The position numbers were made by a program, and so were the translations under genes. From positions 35,782-99,781 of the forward strand of contig NW_021832719.1 of the NCBI RefSeq assembly GCF_006345805.1: a DNA stretch of 64,000 nt, in the 5' to 3' direction. Under the pieces are notes generated by a model, which was given only the letters and a program-made list of their open reading frames with translations, had not been told where the DNA came from and ran no database searches. Source of the stretch: Octopus sinensis. Taxonomy: Eukaryota. This document shows positions 60,838 to 64,000 of the stretch, in pieces; position 1 is the first letter of the stretch; each line of letters begins with the position of its first letter.

Positions 60838-61155
60838 AGGCGCAGGAGTGGCTGTGTGGTAAGTAGCTTGCTTACCAACCACATGGTTCCAGGTTCAGTC
60901 CCACTGCGTGGCACCTTGGGCAAGTGTCTTCTACTATAGCCTCGGGCCAACCAAAACCTTGTGAGTGGATTTGGTAGATGGAAACTGAAAGAAGCCCATT
61001 GTATATATGTATATATATATACATGTAGGAGTGGCTGTGTGGTAAGTAGCTTGCTTACCAACCACATGGTTCCAGGTTCAGTCCTACTGCGTGGCACCTT
61101 GGGCAAGTGTCTTCTACTATAGCCTCGGGCCGACCAAAGCCTTGTGAGTGGTTTT
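60838..61155 (+). mobile_element. Two tandem SINE A heads
   Basis: Match to other copies. Confidence 0.85.
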
Positions 61156-61308
61156 TGTAGACGGAAACTGAAAGCACTAGGATGTATTTATCTATTTAAC
61201 AGTAAAAAGCAATAACACTGCAACAATCAGAAACTAAATAAATCTATCATGATAAAGCTAGCTACAATATTGTTGCACTTTGTTGATAATATGCAAGTAA
61301 TAATTCAA

Positions 61309-62150
61309 GACATATGAGATGGCTTGGACATGTTAGCCGTATGGAAGATGGCAGAATCGGATCTTTTCGGTTTGACCGGCAGTTTTTTAAAATAATTCCA
61401 CGGTAACTAAACACTTTTAAACTACGTATACTGGTAGAATGTGTTTATAAAACATCTTTTTCTCTTTGCTTTATTGAGAAAATTCTATAGTTTTTGTAAG
61501 ATATTTGTGTTTTTCTTCTTTCAATTTCTGCAATTTCACAACCAATCAGTGACGTCTATTGAGGTAAAAACATTCTGTGCCGTATGAATATGTCCCTCAT
61601 TTAAGAAACAGATTGGGTTTATGGATCTTTTCGGTTTGACCGGCAGTTTTTTTTAAATAATTTCCCACTAACAAACACTTTTAAACTTCGTATACTGGTA
61701 GAACATGTTTTATAAAACATCTTTTTTCTCTTTGCTTTATTGAGAAAATTCTATGGTTTGTAAGATTTTGTGTGTTTTTTTTTTCTTCAATTTCTGCAAT
61801 TTCACAATCAATGACGTCTATTGAGGTAAAAACCATTCTGTGTCATATGAATATGTCCCTCGTTTAAGAAACAGATTGGGTTTATTTACATTTCTGAAGA
61901 AAAAAAGATACCCTTCCCCCCCCCCTAACCCCTAAACCCTACCCTAAAAGAGATTGAAATGCAATAGATCGATACTAGGGTCATAATTATGGGTGACAAT
62001 TTCATATGACACCGCTAGAAAAAACTGCCGTTCAAACCGAAAAGATCCACAGTATCCCCAAGGAAATACTCTACAGAGAGCTTGCTGGGGGCACTAGGTC
62101 TGTGGGTAGACTGTTGTTACGATACAAGGATGTTTGCAAAAGGGACAAGA
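61309..62150 (+). pseudogene. RTE LINE RT C-terminal relic split by MITEs
   Basis: RHMRWLGHVSRMEDGRI before, and PKEILYRELAGGTRSVGRLLLRYKDVCKRD after, the insertion. Confidence 0.8.
61359..62048. mobile_element. GGATCTTTTC MITE: truncated copy (61359-61622) plus a full copy (61623-62048)
   Basis: Match to 16897-17316. Confidence 0.85.
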
Positions 62151-62344
62151 ATGTAGAAAACTAGTCAGACTAGTTAAACACGACAGCTGACAGAACATGA
62201 AGTCACAGCTGTTTATCTTCCCAATTATCTTAACTCTTGACATAGTCACAACTGCAGTAGATGCTTATTATTTCTAAACTAGCTTCAAAAAGAACCAGCT
62301 GTTTTCACAAGCATGCATGTGTGTATGTATATATATATACTCTT

Positions 62345-62708
62345 TTACCAACCCCATGGTTCCGGGTTCAGTCCCACTGTGTGGCATTTTGGGCAAGTGT
62401 CTTCTACTATAGCCTTGGGTCAACCAAAGCCTTGTGAGTGGATTTGGTAGACGGAAACTTAAAGAAGCCTGTCGTATATATGTATATATATATGCGTGTG
62501 TGTGTTTGTGTGTCTGTGTTTGTCCCCCTAGCATTGCTTGACAACCGATGCTGGTGTGTTTACGTCCCCGTAACTTAGCGGTTCGGCAAAAGAGACCGAT
62601 AGAATAAGTATTAGGCTTACAAAGAATAAGTCCTGGGGTTGATTTGCTCGGCTAAAGGCAGTGCTCCAGCATGGCCGCAGTCAAATGACTGAAACAAGTA
62701 AAAGAGAG
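62345..62708 (+). mobile_element. SINE family A
   Basis: Match to other copies. Confidence 0.85.
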
Positions 62709-63439
62709 TATATATATTATATATATATCTATATATATATATATCTATATATATATATATATATATAATATAGCTGGAGGAGGTGTCCTCCTGGGGCTAC
62801 AAACTACAGTAGCATCCACCCTTAGGGATTAGCCACATTTAAATGGCAAATATACATCACGATGTGTTGCTGCTACTGTTTATAACTCGCTCTGAGATTT
62901 ATCATTGTATATATATATATATATATATATACACGTCTGTGTGTGTGTGTGTGTGTTAGTCCACCACCATTAGTTGACCACTGGTATCGGTTTTTTTATG
63001 TCTCCGTAACTTAGCGGTTCGGCATAGGACATCGATAGAATAAGTATCAAACTTTAAAAAGAAAATAACAACTACTGCGGGTCACTTTATTAAAGGTGGT
63101 GTCCTAGCATGGCCGCAGTCCAATGACTGAAACCAGTGAAAGACAGAACGTTAGAAGACACAACTGCAACGAAAAAAAAAAAAATAGGGGACAAGTTCAG
63201 AATGAACAGATTTACTCCCAGGGATGGGCAAAATTAACCTTCTTACGATAAATTCATATCAGTTTTAGAAACCTCAAAAAAATTTTTTTTAAATGGCTTT
63301 GATAAATAGCTTTGTGGGTTGTCAAAACGTCCCAAATTCCTGACGCAATTATATAAAAGAATGTTTGTGCTTGAAGTAGAATGGTCTTACGTCAGGAGAC
63401 AACGAAAACTATTTTCAAGGGTCAAGAAGTATATATGCC

Positions 63440-63965
63440 TAATACATGCGTGTGTACGTGCGCGTGTGTGTGTGTGTGTGTTACGTGTGTGTATGCGTAT
63501 GTGTGTGTATGTGTGTGTGTATGGGACTATGTGAATAAGTGTGAGTCTGTGTTAGTGTGAGTGTAAGTGGTATGTACTTATGTGTGTTTGTGTGTGTGTG
63601 TTGTTTGTGTGTGTATGTGCGTGTCTCTTAAGCCATCAGTATATGTGTGTGACCATATATATATATATAATGTGTGTATGTGTGTGTGTGTGTATGTGTG
63701 TGTGCGTGTGTGTATGTGCGTGTGTGTGTGTGTACATCATGGACATCTGACGCTTATCGTGTGTGTGTGTGCGTGTATGGGACTATGTGAATAAGTGGGA
63801 TTCTGTGTCAGTGTGTGTGTGTATAAATGTGTATGTGTGTGTGTGTTTGTCACGAGCATAAGTCAGTCACTTTGTGTGAGTGGACCATATCTATGTGTAC
63901 ATGTATATATATATATGTGTGTGTGTGATTATCGTGATTTTGTAAGTGTTGTGTGTGGTGTGTTA
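63440..63965. repeat. (TG)n-rich low-complexity tract
   Basis: Direct inspection. Confidence 0.85.
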
Positions 63966-64000
63966 TATATGAGCCTTTCGGGACACTTTCTCACAGTAGA

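Noticed and set aside
61915-61946. TAACCC-like motifs suggesting telomeric repeats
   Set aside because: Only two or three imperfect units, and part of the MITE internal sequence (also at 17190)

Overview
Eukaryotic, repeat-saturated 64-kb window. The SINE, LINE and MITE families look like coleoid cephalopod (Octopus-type) repeats; this is inferred from memory and not database-checked. Nearly all ORFs in the track are microsatellite or SINE read-throughs. One host gene could be reconstructed by hand: a plus-strand, four-coding-exon TMEM179-family four-pass membrane protein (25348-25706, 28122-28250, 33717-33801, 44258-44500; 816 nt, 271 aa, all GT-AG, phases 2/2/0). The most striking layer is Penelope-like elements (PLEs). 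One 5'-truncated RT + GIY-YIG element (55839-59707) is bounded by a perfect 167-bp inverted repeat, and each arm carries an intact type I hammerhead ribozyme. Further hammerhead motifs or relics of several distinct sequence types are scattered through the window: 7 with a canonical core, 2 copies of a core variant and 2 decayed relics in total. Several fold-back elements appear to be PLE terminal repeats inverted on themselves. The rest consists of tRNA-derived SINEs (several multimerised into arrays), CR1 and RTE 3' fragments, non-autonomous Helitrons, TTAA-flanked MITEs, a decayed hAT transposase, minisatellites and microsatellites. SINE and microsatellite boundaries are approximate (about 10-20 bp). 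Exon, ribozyme and inverted-repeat coordinates were counted base by base.
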